Notes: a model not told the origin generated them from the sequence alone. Positions 43,327 to 60,352 are shown, counted from the first letter of the stretch. The stretch: 64,000 nt of DNA from the human T2T-CHM13v2.0 reference genome, Homo sapiens (GCF_009914755.1 NC_060927.1); one strand, 5' to 3'. A program made the numbers and translations.

Positions 43327-44149
43327 TCATTCAATTTTTTTTCTGAAAATTCCAATTTATCTGTATAGTGCTATGAGGAGCCCTAAGAATACAGTCAATC
43401 AATCAGACAGGCAATCTCTTCCTAATAACTTGTCCTAGTGTTTACTGGAGCGACTGAAGAGCTGAAACATACAGAAGGGGAAAGAAATGGGATTCCACCC
43501 CTGGACATTATTCCTTTAAGCTTCTTTGATTTTAATTGCTTTGCATGCACATTGAGGTAGAGTCCCAGTTGATTGAAACTTTTTTCATTTGCAGCTAGAA
43601 GTGAATGATTCAGGCTGCATTCCACCGAACATGCTCTTAATATTATGGAAAGACCCGGGGCTGAGGACATGCCTGGACATGATTAACAAAGTTGTGCATT
43701 TGTAAATTAGATGATTTCCAGGAAATATTTAAAACCTCCCTTTCTTCCTAAACACTTCAAAGAGGTGTCCTTGTTTATTTTCAACCTTTTACCCCCAACC
43801 TTTTTTTTAAAAAAGTAAATCCCTCCTCTCTCACAAAGTCTCTACAAAAGAAAGCCACTGTGATATGAAATCCATCCAAAGACATGAGTTCAACTAACGT
43901 CTCAACGAGCTTGCTTGGCTCTATATTTAGATGTGAGAGTAAACATCTGACTCTGGAGAAGGACTCATCCCAGAGACACCACTCCTGAACAGGAAAAAAG
44001 TCTAGGGGATGGAATTAAATTAGTTTAGCTCCCAAAAGAATAGTTAATAGAAACAGTCTCTAACCAGCTAACCACAAATATAGGATTTGCTCTTTACTCC
44101 TTGGAGAAGAAAATCCAGGGAGTGAGGCTGAAACAATCCTCTGTGCTGC

Positions 44150-44574
44150 CCAGAGGTAGGGCTCAAACACGGGACCAAATTGAGGACTGGCTAAAACAGG
44201 TCTGGAGTGGGAACAGCTTTCCATAAGACACACCCACTAATGTGCCATGTCAGTTTAGCATTGCCATGGCAACAACCTGACAACCAGAAGTTACCACCCT
44301 CATCCTAGAAATTTCTGCATAAACTGACCCTTAATTTGCATATAATTAAAATGGTATAAATATGAGTGCAGAATTGCTGCTGAGCTGATACTCTAGGCAT
44401 GCTGAGTGCTCTAGGTACTCCTCAAGGAGCAGTACCTCTGCTGCTGCTGTGTACTGGCCATTTCAATCAAAGTCGCTGCTTAACACACTGGTGCACTCTC
44501 GAATTGTCTCCTATGAGGAGCCAAGAACCCTCTTGGGCTAAGCCTCAATTTTGGGGCTTGCTTGTCCTGCATCA
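44150..44574 (+). mobile_element. MER66-like ERV1 LTR
   Basis: gaccaaattgaggactggctaaaacagg...gccaagaaccctcttgggctaagcctcaattttggggc...tgcatca. Confidence 0.75.
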
Positions 44575-46069
44575 TAACTGCTAGCTCCCATATCTGTCCA
44601 CTGGGTGGTATCTCAGAATCAGAGACTCTCAAGGTTGAATGGCAACATTTCTTCCAATTTCCACACCACTGCTCCATTTCCCTCCACAGCCAACTTTGTG
44701 TAAACATTAAGCACTTACACAAAAATTTTGTGACAACATGACAGAGATGCAGAACCAGGAGGTGCAGCCTCATACAGTAACATCCGATGGCTATGGGTTT
44801 AAGCTCGGCGCTAGCTTTCACCAGGTGTGTGATCTTGAGTCACTAGATTTCTTTGAGCCTCATTTTCCTCACACAATGATAATACCAAAGAATAAGAATA
44901 CGCATATCCATTGAGCACTTACTATGTGCCAGTCCCTACACTGAGTGATTTACATTGATTAACTTATTCAAATTTCCCAAGAGCTTTATGAGGTGGATAC
45001 TATATTATTTCCATTTATAGAGTAACACATGTGACTTGCCCACTAAGCTACACAGACACCAGGGCAACCTCTAGGAATCCAGGGTTTAATTTGATTTTAA
45101 AATAAAAACCAAATTATTAAAATAAAAACAAAAGTTTAAAAAAGTACTAAGCAAAGCCATCAATGACCACACATTGCAAGTGAGACAGACATCATAACTT
45201 GTCCCAGACAAGTTACAAAACAAACAAAACAGCAACAACAACCATTACAGGGAAAATACCAGAAATCAGAGTTTGATATAATAGCAAAACATCCAATTTT
45301 CAACAAAAAAGGAATTATAAGAGATTTAAAAAATAGGAAAGTGTGACCCACACTCAGGAAATAAAGCAGTTAATCAAAACTATTTTTTAATGCATTCAGA
45401 TGTTGGATTTAGCAGACAAATGCTAGAGTTAGTTCAATAACTGAAATGAAAAGCTCACTAAAGGGACTCAATGGAAGATTCAAGATGGCAAAAGAATCAA
45501 TGAACTTGTACATAGATTAAATAGAAATTATCCAGTCTGAAGAATAGAAAAAAAGTCAAAGAAAAATGAACCAAGACACCTGTGGGACAACTTCAAACAT
45601 ACCAATATACATGCAATGGGAGACCTAGAAGGAGTGGAGAAAGACAAAATAGGTGAAAAAAATTTGTAGAAAAAAATGACAGAAAATTTCCCAAACTTGA
45701 TGTAAAACATTAATCTGCACATCCAAGGAACTCAACAGACCCCAAGTAGGATAAATACAAAGAGTTCTATACCTAGACACAGTATAATCAAACCTGTGAA
45801 AGACAAAGAGAAAGAAAAAAGTCTTGAAAGCAGCAAGAGAAAAACAATTCATTATGTACAAAGGCATTTCAATATGATTAATGGCTGCCTTCTCATTAGA
45901 AACAATGGAGACCAGAAGGCAATGTGATGACATAAAGTATTGAAAGCAAAAAGCAAAAAGAAAACATCAACCAAGAATTCCGTATCTAGCAAAACAATTC
46001 TTCAAAAATGCAAAAAAAAAGAACATTTCTGTATAAACAAAGACAGAGAACAAACTGTTTGCAGATTTA

Positions 46070-46495
<426 letters not shown>

Positions 46496-47014
46496 CTAAT
46501 ATAAAAGATTGAATATATTTTTCTCATTTCTTAACTTTTTAAAAAGATGTGTAAGTTTGGATAAAGCATAAATTACAACACTGGGTTGTTGGGTTTATAA
46601 CGTATATAAACATAATAAATATGAAAATAATAGTATGGAAGGGGGAAAGAATGGCGCTTTACGGGAGCAAACTTTCTGTTTTATAGGAATTAAGTTATTA
46701 ATCTGAAGTAAATGGTGATAAATTAAAATGCATATTGTGAGCCCTAAGGAATCACAAAAAATGACTTTAAAAATACAGTTAAAAAATCAAAAGAAGAATT
46801 AAAATGGTACACTAAAATATACTTATTTAACATAAAAGAAGGCAATCAAAAAATAACAGAGGTACAAAAAAGAAGGCATATAGAAAACTAATAACAAAAT
46901 GTCAAATGTAAACCCAGCCAAATCAATTAATTATATTAAATATGAATGATCTCAACACTCTTAAAGAAAGGCAGGGATTATCAGATTGGATTTTTAAAAA
47001 GTATACTTAAACTA

Positions 47015-47484
47015 CAGTTGACCCTTGAACAATACAACTTTGAACTGTGTGGATTCACTTAAACATGAATTTTTTTCAATAAAAGTTATACCAAGTGTGC
47101 CTACCTCTCCTGCCTCCCCTTCCACCTCCTCCACCTCTGCCACCCCTCAGAAAGAAGACCAATCCCTCCTTTTCTCTTTCTTCTCATTCTATTCCACATG
47201 AAGATGACAAAGATAAAGATCTTTATGATGATCTGCTTCTACTTAATGAATAGTAAATATATTTTCCCTTCCTTATGGTTTTCTTTAAAAAATTTTCTTT
47301 TCTCCAGTTTACTTTATTATAAGAATACAGTATATATGTAACATACAGAATATGTGTTAATTGACTGTTTATGTTATTGGTAAGGAACCAAGTCAAAAGT
47401 AGGTTATTAGTATTTAACTTTGGGGGAAGTCCAAAGTTATGGGGGGTTGGCACCCCAATCCCCATGTTGTTCAAGGGCCAACTG
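47015..47484. mobile_element. Tigger2a/MER28-type DNA transposon in L1
   Basis: TIRs cagttgacccttgaacaa and ttgttcaagggccaactg, with TA at the left flank. Confidence 0.85.
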
Positions 47485-48020
47485 CATAAACTATCTACAA
47501 AGGACACACTTTAGATTCAAAGACACAGACAAGTTTAAAGTTTAAAAAAATGGACAAAGCTATACCATGCATACAATAACTATACAATAGCTTGAGTGGC
47601 TGTATTAACAAGAGACACAACAGACTTTACAACAAGATCATTAGAGAGAGACATTTTAAAATTATAAAAGGGCCAATACATCAAGAAGATTTAAGAATTA
47701 CATATGCATACGCACCTAAAAATAGACCTCCCAAATCCATAAAGCAACAACAGAATTGAAAAGAGAAATAGAGAATTCAACAATTATAGTTGGAGATTTC
47801 AATACCCTACTCTTGATAATTGATGGAACAGAATATTAGCAAGGATGCAGAAGACTCAATACAATCAAGCAACTTGACCTAACTGACATATATGGAATAC
47901 TCTACCTAATGATTGCAAAATACACATTCTGCACATTGAAGAACACACAGAACATCCATTCCCTGAGACAGACTACATACTAGGCCACAAAACAAGTCTC
48001 AATAAATTTAAAATGTTTGA

Positions 48021-48380
<360 letters not shown>

Positions 48381-48882
48381 CTATGAGACAAAAGAGAGCA
48401 CAAGAAAACTGTAATTCCTAAACTCTATCTATCAATACAAAAAGAATTACATAGAATAGCTAAGTGAAGATTTATCCCAGGAATGCATGGCTGGTATAAC
48501 ATCTGAAATTAATGTAATACCCACAGACAATTGTCATATGTAAATTGTGAGAGACTGAATCCTTTCCTCCTAAGGTTGGGAACAAGGCAAGGACGTCTGC
48601 TATTGCCATTTCTATTCTACACTGTCCTAGAAGTTCTAGCTAGTGGAATAAGGCAAAAAATAAAATGAATTAACTAAGCAATTGATTAATTAAAAGCATC
48701 AGATTGGAAAGGAAGAAGGAAACTGTCTTTATTTACAGATGACATAATCCTGTATGTTAAAAATCTCAAGGAATCCACACAGAAAAAGGAGTTTAACAAG
48801 GTTTCAGGATATAAAATCAATCACACTTCTATATACTAGCAACAAAACAATCAAAAAAAGAAATTCAAAAAAATCCATTCCT

Positions 48883-49204
<322 letters not shown>

Positions 49205-51953
49205 TTAGGAATAAACTTAATAAAAGGAGTACAAGACTCGCATACTAAAAACTGCAAAACACTGCTGAGAAAACTAAAGAAGATCTAAATAGGTGGAGAG
49301 ACATTTCATGTTCATGCATTGGAAGCCTCAACACCGTCAAGATGGGAATTCCTCCCAGACTGATATGTAAATTACTATCAAAATCCCAGCAGACTTTTTG
49401 GTAGAAATTGATGAATTGATCCTAAAATGTATATGGAAATGCAAAAACTTAAAAAAGCCAAAACAATTTTGTATAATAACAAAGTTGGAAAATTCACACT
49501 ACTTGATCTTAAAAATAACTACAAAGCCACAGAAATCCAGACGGTGTGATACTGGCACAGGAAAGGCTTATAGATCAATGCAATAAAATTGGGAATTCAG
49601 AAATAAATCCTCACATTTATAGTCAATATATTTTCAACAAAAATGTGAAGGTAATTATTATTACTTATCACTATTGTAATTCAACGGGTAAAGGACAGTC
49701 AATTAGATATACAAATGCAAAAAAATTAATAAAAGAAAAGAATTTGGACCTTTATCTCACATCATACATAAAAATTAACTCAAAATGGATCATAGATCTA
49801 AATGTAATAGCTAAAACTATAAAACTTCTAGAAAACAAATGTTGCAGGAGAAAATATTCCTGACCTTGGGTTAGGCAAAGAATTCTTAGATAATGACACA
49901 AAAAGCCCTATCCATACAATAAAAAAATTGATAAACTGAACTTCAACATTAAAAATTTTGTGCATAAAAAATAAATCAATATTAAAATGAAAATAAGCCA
50001 CAGACTGGGAGAAAAATATTTGTAAATCGTATATCTTATAAAGAACTTGCATCCAGGTTATATAAGGAATGCTTGCAACTCAGTAATAAGAAGACGAACA
50101 CCCCAATTAATATATATATTATATATATATAAACAACTCAATTATATATCTATTCAGATATTTCACCAAAGATATGCAAAGGGCTAACAAGAACATGAAA
50201 AGATGCTTCACCTGACTAGTCTTTAAGAAAATGCAAATTAAATGAGATACCTTTATACACTCCCAGAATGGCTGTAGTAAGAAGACTGACAATAGCAAAT
50301 GTTAGAGAAGTTGTGGAAAAACTGGAGCCCTCATGCCTCCCAGAAGGGAATATAAATGAGTACAAGCACTTGAGAAAACAGGCAGTTTCCTACAAAGTTA
50401 AACATAAATTTCCCATATGACCCAGCAATTCTACTCCTAGGAATTTACCCAATAAGAATGAAAATATATGTTCACACAAAGATAATGCTCACGACAGCAT
50501 TATTCATAATAGCTCCAAAGTGAAACCGGTCCAAACGTCCATCAACTAACAAACACACGAACAAAACGTGGGACAGCCACACAATGGAACACTGTGTAAC
50601 AAATTGAAAGGAATAAATGACTGATACATGCTACAACATGGATGAACCTCAAGAACAACATTATGCTAAGTAAAGAACCCAGGTGGAAAAGATTACATAT
50701 TATATGATTCAATTTACATGAAATTACCAGAAAGGGCAAATTTAGAGAACCAAAAAGCAGATCAGTGATTGCCCATGGCTAGGGTAGGAGCAGAGATTAA
50801 CTTCAAACAAGCAGAGGAAACATTTGGAGGAATGGAAAGGTTCTAACACCGAATTGTGGTCGTGGTTACATAAACCTATAAATTTACTAAAACCACAGAA
50901 TTGTGCATTTGCAATGGATGAATGTGATGGTATAAACTGTACCTCAACAAAGCTGGGTTTTTTTTTTAAAAGGACAATGTACATAAAAATTCTCTTTAAA
51001 CCATAAAACAGCAGCTGTTACTACAATGGTTGTTGACGTTAAATGCTATGGAGGGCCACTGAGAACCCTCCAGTGATAAAGCTGGCTACCGTTCTCATAA
51101 ATGTTCTCTTAAGTGAATTCATATAAAGCACTTAGAACAATGCCTGGGTCTCAGTAAGCCTTCTGTATTAGCAGTTATTATTATTACAGTCATACTCAAT
51201 GTCATTGCTATTACCAGCAAGACATGCCTGGCTTGAAGTGCTCTGAGAAGGTGGCCTGGCTTCCCCAGGGGTGACCACCACGGATTCCTTCCTCAGAGTC
51301 GCTCAGGCGCCTAAGACTGTTCCAGTCAGAAGTCCCACTGAGAAGTGGCCGCAGTTCTTCCACTGGACAGAGCCTCTTTCAGCTTTAAAAAAATAAAAGG
51401 ACTCTCTTTTCTGTGTGTTCCTTTGTTCCTGGAACCATCTAGATCCCTGGGGAGAGGCTACCCGTGGTTTGTTGTAAATGAAAGAGATTCATGAATGAAA
51501 AGCTTTTGTGCCCTGGTCCCTTCACTCTGGCAGTTCCCCTACTGCCCAGCCCGGGAACTCCATTCATACAGCTCTCAGGAACAGCTCGGAGGGCCCGGGC
51601 AGTGCCGTGCTGGGAATGCTCTTCCTGCACCCCAGCTGGAGCCCCTTCCAGCAGGCTCACCCCTCTGGCCTGCAGGAGTTCAGCACCGCCAGCCACACCT
51701 GCCATGGTCTAGACACAGTCCTGTTGCATTGAAGTATCCAATGAGCTCCAGTGAGCCTGAGCCTGGTCAGGACCTCCAAGTCACAGTCCCTCTTTCTCCT
51801 CACTGCCTCAGTCTCCCTGCCTGGCACTGCCATTCCCTCCAGGCTAGCCCGAGGCTGCAGCCTGCTTGCCCAGGTCACCTGCCACTGCCAGTCTCCAAGG
51901 CCCCTCAATGTTGGCTTCTTCAATCACCCAGGAAGCAGCCAAGCCCTGGAGGA

Positions 51954-52160
51954 CAGCGCCGTCCAGCAGAACCCTGTGCCTGATGGAAACGCTCCGCACC
52001 CGCACTGTCCAATAGAGTAGCTGCTAGTCACATGTGGCTACTGAGCGCTTGGAATACAGCTAGTGTGACTGAGGAGCTGAATTTTTAATTTTCTTTACTT
52101 TTAATTAATTAAACAAAAATGGCCACATGTGGCTAGCATCTGTCCTATAGGACAACAGAG
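51954..52160. mobile_element. MER3 (hAT-Charlie MITE)
   Basis: Paired cacatgtggcta motifs, ctgtccaatag, AT-rich centre. Confidence 0.8.
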
Positions 52161-53017
52161 TTCTGCCAACTGAAAGTGGCCTTGCCATCCTGCAGGGTGC
52201 GGCAGGAAGCAGGGCAAGATGCTCCCTAGCCCTGTGGCACTCACCCTGCCCTATTCCCCACAGCCTACAGGGTCCTGCCTCCTCCCCATCCCCGCCAGCA
52301 TCACTACTGGGCCAACAACCCCGACATGTACAAATAGTACCCCTGGGGCAATAGGTATGCCCCCTCAGAGCTGAGCACTGCTCCTGCAGTCAGCCTTTCA
52401 GCAACAGATCTCAGGGGAAGAAAACATAACACAGGCAGATAGGCGGAGAAAGAGACCAGAGATGAGTCAGGCAGGCGATGAAAACATAGGGAGGGAGAAA
52501 GGAGGCCTCTGCCTTCTCTGTTTAAATCTGAAAAAATAACCTGCCTGGAATTTTAACTTGCTTGGGATGCAAACTCAGGAGACCCAACCGTGTAAAAGCA
52601 AATGTAACAGGATAAGAAAAGAAGATAACTGAAAACGGCTTTGTACAAATTAAAATGCCAAAGTAATAAGGAATATTGGATGAGACAAGACTAAACTGGC
52701 TATCAATGTTGGCTGAACAAGTGACAAGTCATTAATTGTCACTTCCTTTAAAAAAAAAAAAGTAGCACATTTGAGGACAGGCAGAGCAGTTAGCAGGAGG
52801 AAAAATATTTTACACTGGGACTAGTATATCCTTTTTAAAACCCGGTGTTGTCAATTACCTCACAGCATAACCACCCTGGATAGGAAAAAATCAATATGCA
52901 CCGAGGCAATTATCTTCTGCACCTCTTGGTACTGAATTGGCAATGAGTTTTCATGGCTCAATTAGCTTGTAACTTAAAACAATAGCAGCTAGTCTCCATT
53001 TTCCTCTGGGATATTTA

Positions 53018-53350
<333 letters not shown>

Positions 53351-55207
53351 TCAAAGTGTCTTCAAAGGACAGACTGAGAACCAAATATTAGTGGCATTAT
53401 AGTGAAATGTTATTCTGATAAGTATCCTTGGGAAATAATATTAAGAAACACTATGTACCTAAAGATGTTCACAAGCATCATAGTATGGCATCATAAAATG
53501 GCAAAAAATTGAAACTATCTAAACAAATTAAAGTCCTATAAAAAAGACAACTATATATCCCGTCCGCTCAGGATCACAATTCTCTGCTCCAGCGAAGCTG
53601 CTTGTTCAAGTCACCAATGACCTTCACATTGCTAAATCTAGTCCTCATCCTACTGACCTGCCATCAGCGTTTGACACAACTGGTCAAATACTCTCTCCAG
53701 AAACACTGTCCACTTAGTCTCACACATTCCCCTCTAGGCCAGCAGCTTATGGAAAAGCGAACCAGAGGCTTCCTTCCCAAGGCTAGGGAAGAGCTCTACT
53801 GGCCTCACCCACCAGTTAACTTCTGCACGAGCTGGAGAGACAAGCTGAGTTCAGCTGCGCCTGGCTCACACGCTAATCGGGCTTCACCCTCGGCTCTCCC
53901 CTATCCATGAAATCGGACTAGCAGAAGTGTGACTTATTCACAACAGAAGATAATCCAATAACCACTCAACTGAGGCTTGGGGATAGAGCATATATGAGGT
54001 TTACTCAATTCTGTCTGGCTTGGGTTATAAAAATTAAGGTGCATTTCCTGACCATGGAGCAAGTACTGACACAAACATCTCAGAAGTATGCTTGGGAAGG
54101 AAGGGATGCAAACTCAGGGAGCAATATTGGCATGGGTGATTCATAAAAAGGATGAGTAACTTGAAGGAGGAAGTAGATTCAAAGAGAAGACTCATGCAAA
54201 GTCGAACTTCTCTTCCCACTCCCCCTGAGTTTCAAAAAAGAGTCAGTCAGGAACAAGTTGTCCGGGCACTTCATCCCGGAAGGCCAGGGGCCTGAAGAAA
54301 GTTCTAGGCCATGCTATATCCACAGTAAGAAAAGCCTCTTGGGTACAAATATTCAAGGGCCTGGGAGTCAGGGGAGCTGGGATGTAAAAACTTCCCAACC
54401 GAAGCCACCCTAACAAAAGCAATAACAGCAAACGCTTACATGGTACTTATCCCGTGTAAGGTATCATCTAACTCCATATATTAATTCAATTAATGTTCAC
54501 AAACTGATAGTATTATTTTCCACTACTAAGTGGCAGGGCTGCATTCAAACCCAGGCAGTGTTTTTTCAGTGCTCGTAACTATTATGCAACACACAACAAA
54601 ACCTTCAACTATGAACACCTCTATCACCAGAGAACCGTTCTACAGTGTTCACAAGGTCATGGCACCCGCAGTTCTTGACAGCCATTTCAATGAAAGTCAC
54701 TCTTTCATCTCAGGAAGCAAAATATCCCTCCCCTCACCACTGAGAATATCAATTGCTTCGAGAAACGCAGACAAGAGTGGCAGAGTTCTCCGACGGGAAG
54801 GCAAAAACCAATTCTCAAGTTAATAAGTAAATATTGGGAGGCATTTTGCCAAGAACACTGGAAAGAACAAACCTCTATAATAATCAGCTGATGGAGACTT
54901 GCTGCTTAGAAACAAATTTTGATCAACTGCATTACCAGGGACTGAAAGGAATCTGCAGGCTGAATGAAGGGCTAGGATATGTGGGTATGATGGCTGGGCC
55001 CAGGGAGTCAACATAGGATAGGAATGAGCATGGCCCGCAGGAGAGGCCGTGTGGGCAGGGCTAGGAGTCCAGACCCAACAAGCTCAGTCTGTTTCCCTGG
55101 CCACCGGCTCGAGGTTCCCATCATTACCCTGGGAAAGAGGAACTATCCAAAGCTCCTCCAAATCTCCTTTGCGGTTGCGTATGCCTACATATAAAAAGAA
55201 TCTTTTT

Positions 55208-55503
55208 GGGCCGGGCGCGGTGGCTCACACCTGTAATCCCAGCACTTTGGGAGAGTGAGGCAGGTGGATCACAAGGTCAGGAGATCGAGACCATCCTGGC
55301 TAACACGGTGAAACCCTGTCTCTACTAAAAATACAAAAAATTAGCCAGGCATGGTGGTGGGCGCCTGTAGTCCCAGCTACTCATGAGGCTGAGGCAGCAG
55401 AATGGCGTGAACCCGGGAGGCGGAGCTTGCAGTGAGCTGAGATCACACCACTGCACTCCAGCCTGGGTGACAAAGTGAGACTCGGTCTCAAAAGAAAAAA
55501 AAA
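55208..55503 (+). mobile_element. AluY
   Basis: Diagnostics gagatcgagaccatcctggctaacacggtg and gaatggcgtgaacccggg. TSD aaaagaatctt. Confidence 0.92.
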
Positions 55504-56033
55504 GAATCTTGTTGCTACCTTCACAAAGGCCTAGAGCTAAGGAGTCTCATAGGGGTTATCATCTATCTGCTCCCATCAGGATTCCAGGTACTCCCAAAGA
55601 TGGCTGTCCTGACAAAAATCAGGCTGCAGAGATTCCCCAGCCTCGCAGTGCACTTGTGTTGGGCCTTAGATAAGTCCTTTCCCTTCCCTGGGTCCCATGT
55701 GTCCACTGAAAATGAGAGCATTAGACTTATGAGCCATGATGGCGTTTCCCCAACTGGTGTTTGGGAAACAATGGTCTGTAAGTCATTTAGGATAATGTAG
55801 AAAGGAGCATTCCATGTCAAGTTAAGTTGGGACCTGCTGGTTAGTCAAAGCTAAACAGACTTCCTAACTGCCATTCTTCTCAAAATCTCCAGCATGATGG
55901 TGTACACTGTGACCCTCCAAGAAGGGGATTGGAAGCTCTGTGTATCCACATATTTTTCCATCGCTGCTTTTCACATTTCCCATAAAGATCTTTCCTGGAA
56001 CCTGCCATTTAGGGGATGCTGCTCTGCAAGACC

Positions 56034-56113
56034 TTCCAAATCTCGCGCTCTAGAAAGCCGTGAAGCAGCGCGGTTCCAGATCTGGCGCTCTGGAAAGCCG
56101 TGAAGCAGCGTGG
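56034..56113. repeat. Tandem duplication, 2 x 40 bp, CpG-rich
   Basis: ttcca(a/g)atct(c/g)gcgctct(a/g)gaaagccgtgaagcagcg twice. Confidence 0.9.
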
Positions 56114-56802
56114 CGAAGCACCCAGGAGCTGTAGTCATTCTGCCTGGGCTTGAACTCCAGCTCTAACCAGCCAGCTGGGTGACCCTGGCCATGTTACTTG
56201 AGCTGCTTCTTTATCTGTAAAATGGGATAAATGACCATTCCCACTGCCAAGGGTGGATTACATGAGATAATTCATCCAAGCACACAGTGGGTTCACTGGT
56301 AATAATAGTGGTGGTGGAAACAATGGTACTGGAATTCCATTGCTTCTCTGGAATCAAGCCTGGAAAATGCTTCTCCCAGTACTTACTAAAAGACATGCAA
56401 CAGGACATAGCACTTGCCTTTCATGACCAACTTGGCTCCTCCCAGGCAAGGGCTTTGGCGACCAGGGTTCACTGACCTACAATCGGTTGACTCACATGAA
56501 CACCCTCACAGCCTGTGCAGGGCAGGAATCTAGGACTATACTGCAACATGCCCCAAACCTGGAAACATCTGTCTAAATTAGGCGGGAAGAAGTGCCAAAC
56601 AGGTTTACTGTGGCCCCATCAGTTACTCGTTAGTTTAATGATGGCAGTCACTCAGTAGAAAGAGCTGTGGGCCACAAGAAGGAATGCTGGGCTCTGGCCT
56701 GTGGTCCAACAGGAGCTCACGGGTCCGCTGGCTCCATCCTCTACCGTGAACAACCCCTCAGGTCTCAGTCTCCCCACCAGTAAAGTTTAGAAGTGAAGAA
56801 AA

Positions 56803-57027
56803 TCAGGTTCTCAACTAGAGATGTACATTGAAGTTACCCAGGGTGATTTTCTTGAAATAACCCTGTCCCAGCCCAACCCCAGACCTACGGAGTCAAAAAT
56901 CTCTATTTTTACTGTATATAAATTTTAACTCAATTTAAAAAAAATCTCTGAGTGCTGGAATCCAGGCAAAGTATTTGATAAAGCTCTCTGGGTAATTCTG
57001 ATCCATCATCTTGTTCAGAGCCACTGG
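56803..57027. mobile_element. MER5A-type hAT MITE
   Basis: ggttctcaac...cccagacctacggagtca...ggtaattctgat...agccactg. Confidence 0.7.
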
Positions 57028-57775
57028 CCTGGATAACCACAAGCACCTCTCCCAGAATCTTCTAAGAAGTCACTGGACTTCGAGTTCCTCTGTGAAGAGA
57101 GTGTCTAACCCACTGCCTTTTAAATCAGTAGCTAGACAAGGCCAGGATTTCCCTAGAGTGCATGTGAGGAAGGGCCCTTGCTCCCAGCAAAGAGGTGCTC
57201 TATCTATCCTGGGGTCCCCAGCACACACTTTTAACCCTTCTGCTTCTGGGACATTCCTTACAGCTGCCTGTGTCTCTGGGGGTCCATCTCAACCTCTGCC
57301 TTTAAGTCATCCCAATGTATTCTCAAACCTGTGCCAACAAAAGCAAGACTCAGACGCTCCTCTCAAATTCTATACTCACTTTATCCCAAGTCCTATCTTG
57401 AGGCTGTTCCTTGTTGATGATCCCATTTCCGTCCCTCTGGACTCAGAAACTGTACTGGAGCCTCAGGTTTCTCTGAAAAGGCTTGGGCTCACTCCAGTGG
57501 CTTTTCACGCTTTTGGCTCTGCCAGATAAAACACCCATGCTGGCTGGCCCCTCTAGACCCAACTCCCAGCTGGGCAGATGTACACATTTCAGGGACCATC
57601 TAAATTTCACAGGACCTGAGTGCCCAAGGGATAAAGGCATTACAACCTGAGGCCTAGAAGGTCCCAAAGCCATGGTATTATGATTAATTCCAAGTTTGGG
57701 ACTTAGCTGCTCCTCTGCTCCTCCCCTCCATCCGCACAGGAAACCAAGAGCTAACCGACAACTAAGACTAGACAG

Positions 57776-58175
<400 letters not shown>

Positions 58176-58779
58176 TCACACAGAAACAAAAGATACCAAC
58201 ATTGAGAACTAATCCCAAAACAGACAATGGAATAGGGCAGAGATTGCAATATTATCTTAAAGAGACCAACTAGGTCCCTGGCCAAAAAAAAAAAAAAAAA
58301 AACTGACAGTAACCTGATAGAATAATTAACAAATCTAAAAACGTGTCAATCCAAAGATGAACAGAACCTCAAAACCACATGCTGTCCAATATTATCCAGT
58401 AGAGAGAAGACTTGGCCATAAGCTTTAGAACATTCTGGTTCCTCTACCCACCATCTTTCTTCAGCTTTCACTGCCACATATAAAGACTGCCATGTCTACC
58501 AGCAGCCCCAGAAGGTGAAAATCTGGGACCCCTAAGAATACTTGTTGATTTGGGGTCCACAAGCCCAAGCTAAGAGGATATCTTGAGACTATCCGATGCA
58601 TAGTTTCCAGTCCTCTGTATCCAGAGATAGCCACTTAGGTCATCTTGGAAGAAGAATTATTTTAGATAAATTCAGAGAAGATAGTAGGCCATAACTATTC
58701 TTAAGGACAAGAGTAGTTCATTTCTCTGTTAGCACACTACAATTCACAATGTAGAAATCACAAGATAATTTTTTTTAAT

Positions 58780-59280
58780 AATCTTGGAATGAAGCCTTTT
58801 CTAGGTGTGACACAAAATCTAAAAGTCACAAGATAGACCTGACAACACAAATTAAAAAAAGAAATTTTGTATAGATGGGCTCTCACTATGTTGTCCAGAC
58901 TGGGCTTGAACTCCTGGCCTCAAGCAATCCTACTGCCTCGGCCTCCCAAAGTGCTGGCATTACAGGTGTGAGCCACCACACCTGCCCACAACACAAATTT
59001 TTTAAAAACCTTCATAGAAAAAAAGTTAAAAGACTGCAAAAAAAAAATGTTTTCAACGTATTTCAGGGACAAAAATGCTTATTTCCTTAACAAATACAGA
59101 GCTCCTTGAAATTACTAAACATCAACAACCCAATAGAAAAATGGGCTAAGGGCATAAAGAGTTCATAGAAAAGAAATTCAGTGATTCTTACCATATGAAA
59201 GGAGATCCAATTTCACTCAAAAGAAAGGAAAGAAAACTTAATATTCTATAATGATATATATTTCACCTATCAAATTGGCT
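58780..59280 (+). mobile_element. L1M fragment containing a reverse Alu monomer (58870-58987)
   Basis: caacccaatagaaaaatgggctaagggcat L1 ORF2 end motif. Confidence 0.65.
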
Positions 59281-59941
59281 TGTACCCACCCCTTCACCTC
59301 ACTGAAAATCCCTGGGGGCCCACATATCCTTCAAGACAGCAGCAGACCCCATGCCACCCCCAGGCTTGGGACTGACAGCAGTGCAGAGAAGGAACATGCA
59401 GGCACCAGAGAAAACCCACAAAAGAAGTGAATCGAACATTAACATCTCCCTCTGTAAAACACAAAGAACAGAGCTCTAGCCACCACTCAGGCCTTTAAAG
59501 TAAGGAGCAAATGGCCTGACAGACACATTCTCTCCACTGTGTCAGTGTCTCTCCAGCAGGATTCCTCCGCCCAGTGTTTTTGCCATTGGCCTATTATTTA
59601 TTCCTCACAGCCCCTTGGAGCAGTGTGCTGGGACTGTCATCCTCCATGCTGATGGGGCTGTGAGGCCAGGCACTGCTGTGCTTCTTGTCTGAGGTCATCA
59701 AGCAACTTGGGGACACATTAGTCAAGTCAGCCCCCGGAACAGAGGCTGAGACGAAGGTGGGGGCATCAGTTGACAGCTCAGCAAGGGAGAAGAAAGGCTG
59801 ATAACCAACTGAGGAAATGACGGTCATGTCAGACACAGCCCTAAAGGAGGCGGCGAGGCAAGTGCTTTTAAAAAGCCTCAGGTTTTTGCTTCTAATAGAG
59901 CTTAGAATTCACCACACATAGTGTTAGAGAAAACTATCATT

Positions 59942-60253
<312 letters not shown>

Positions 60254-60321
60254 CTACCATCATCTTAAGCAAAGCTGGCATGGGTCTGTGGCTAAAAGGT
60301 CCTCGCTTTCTCTCTCCCTGA

Positions 60322-60352
60322 CACACACACGCACACACACACACTCACTCTC

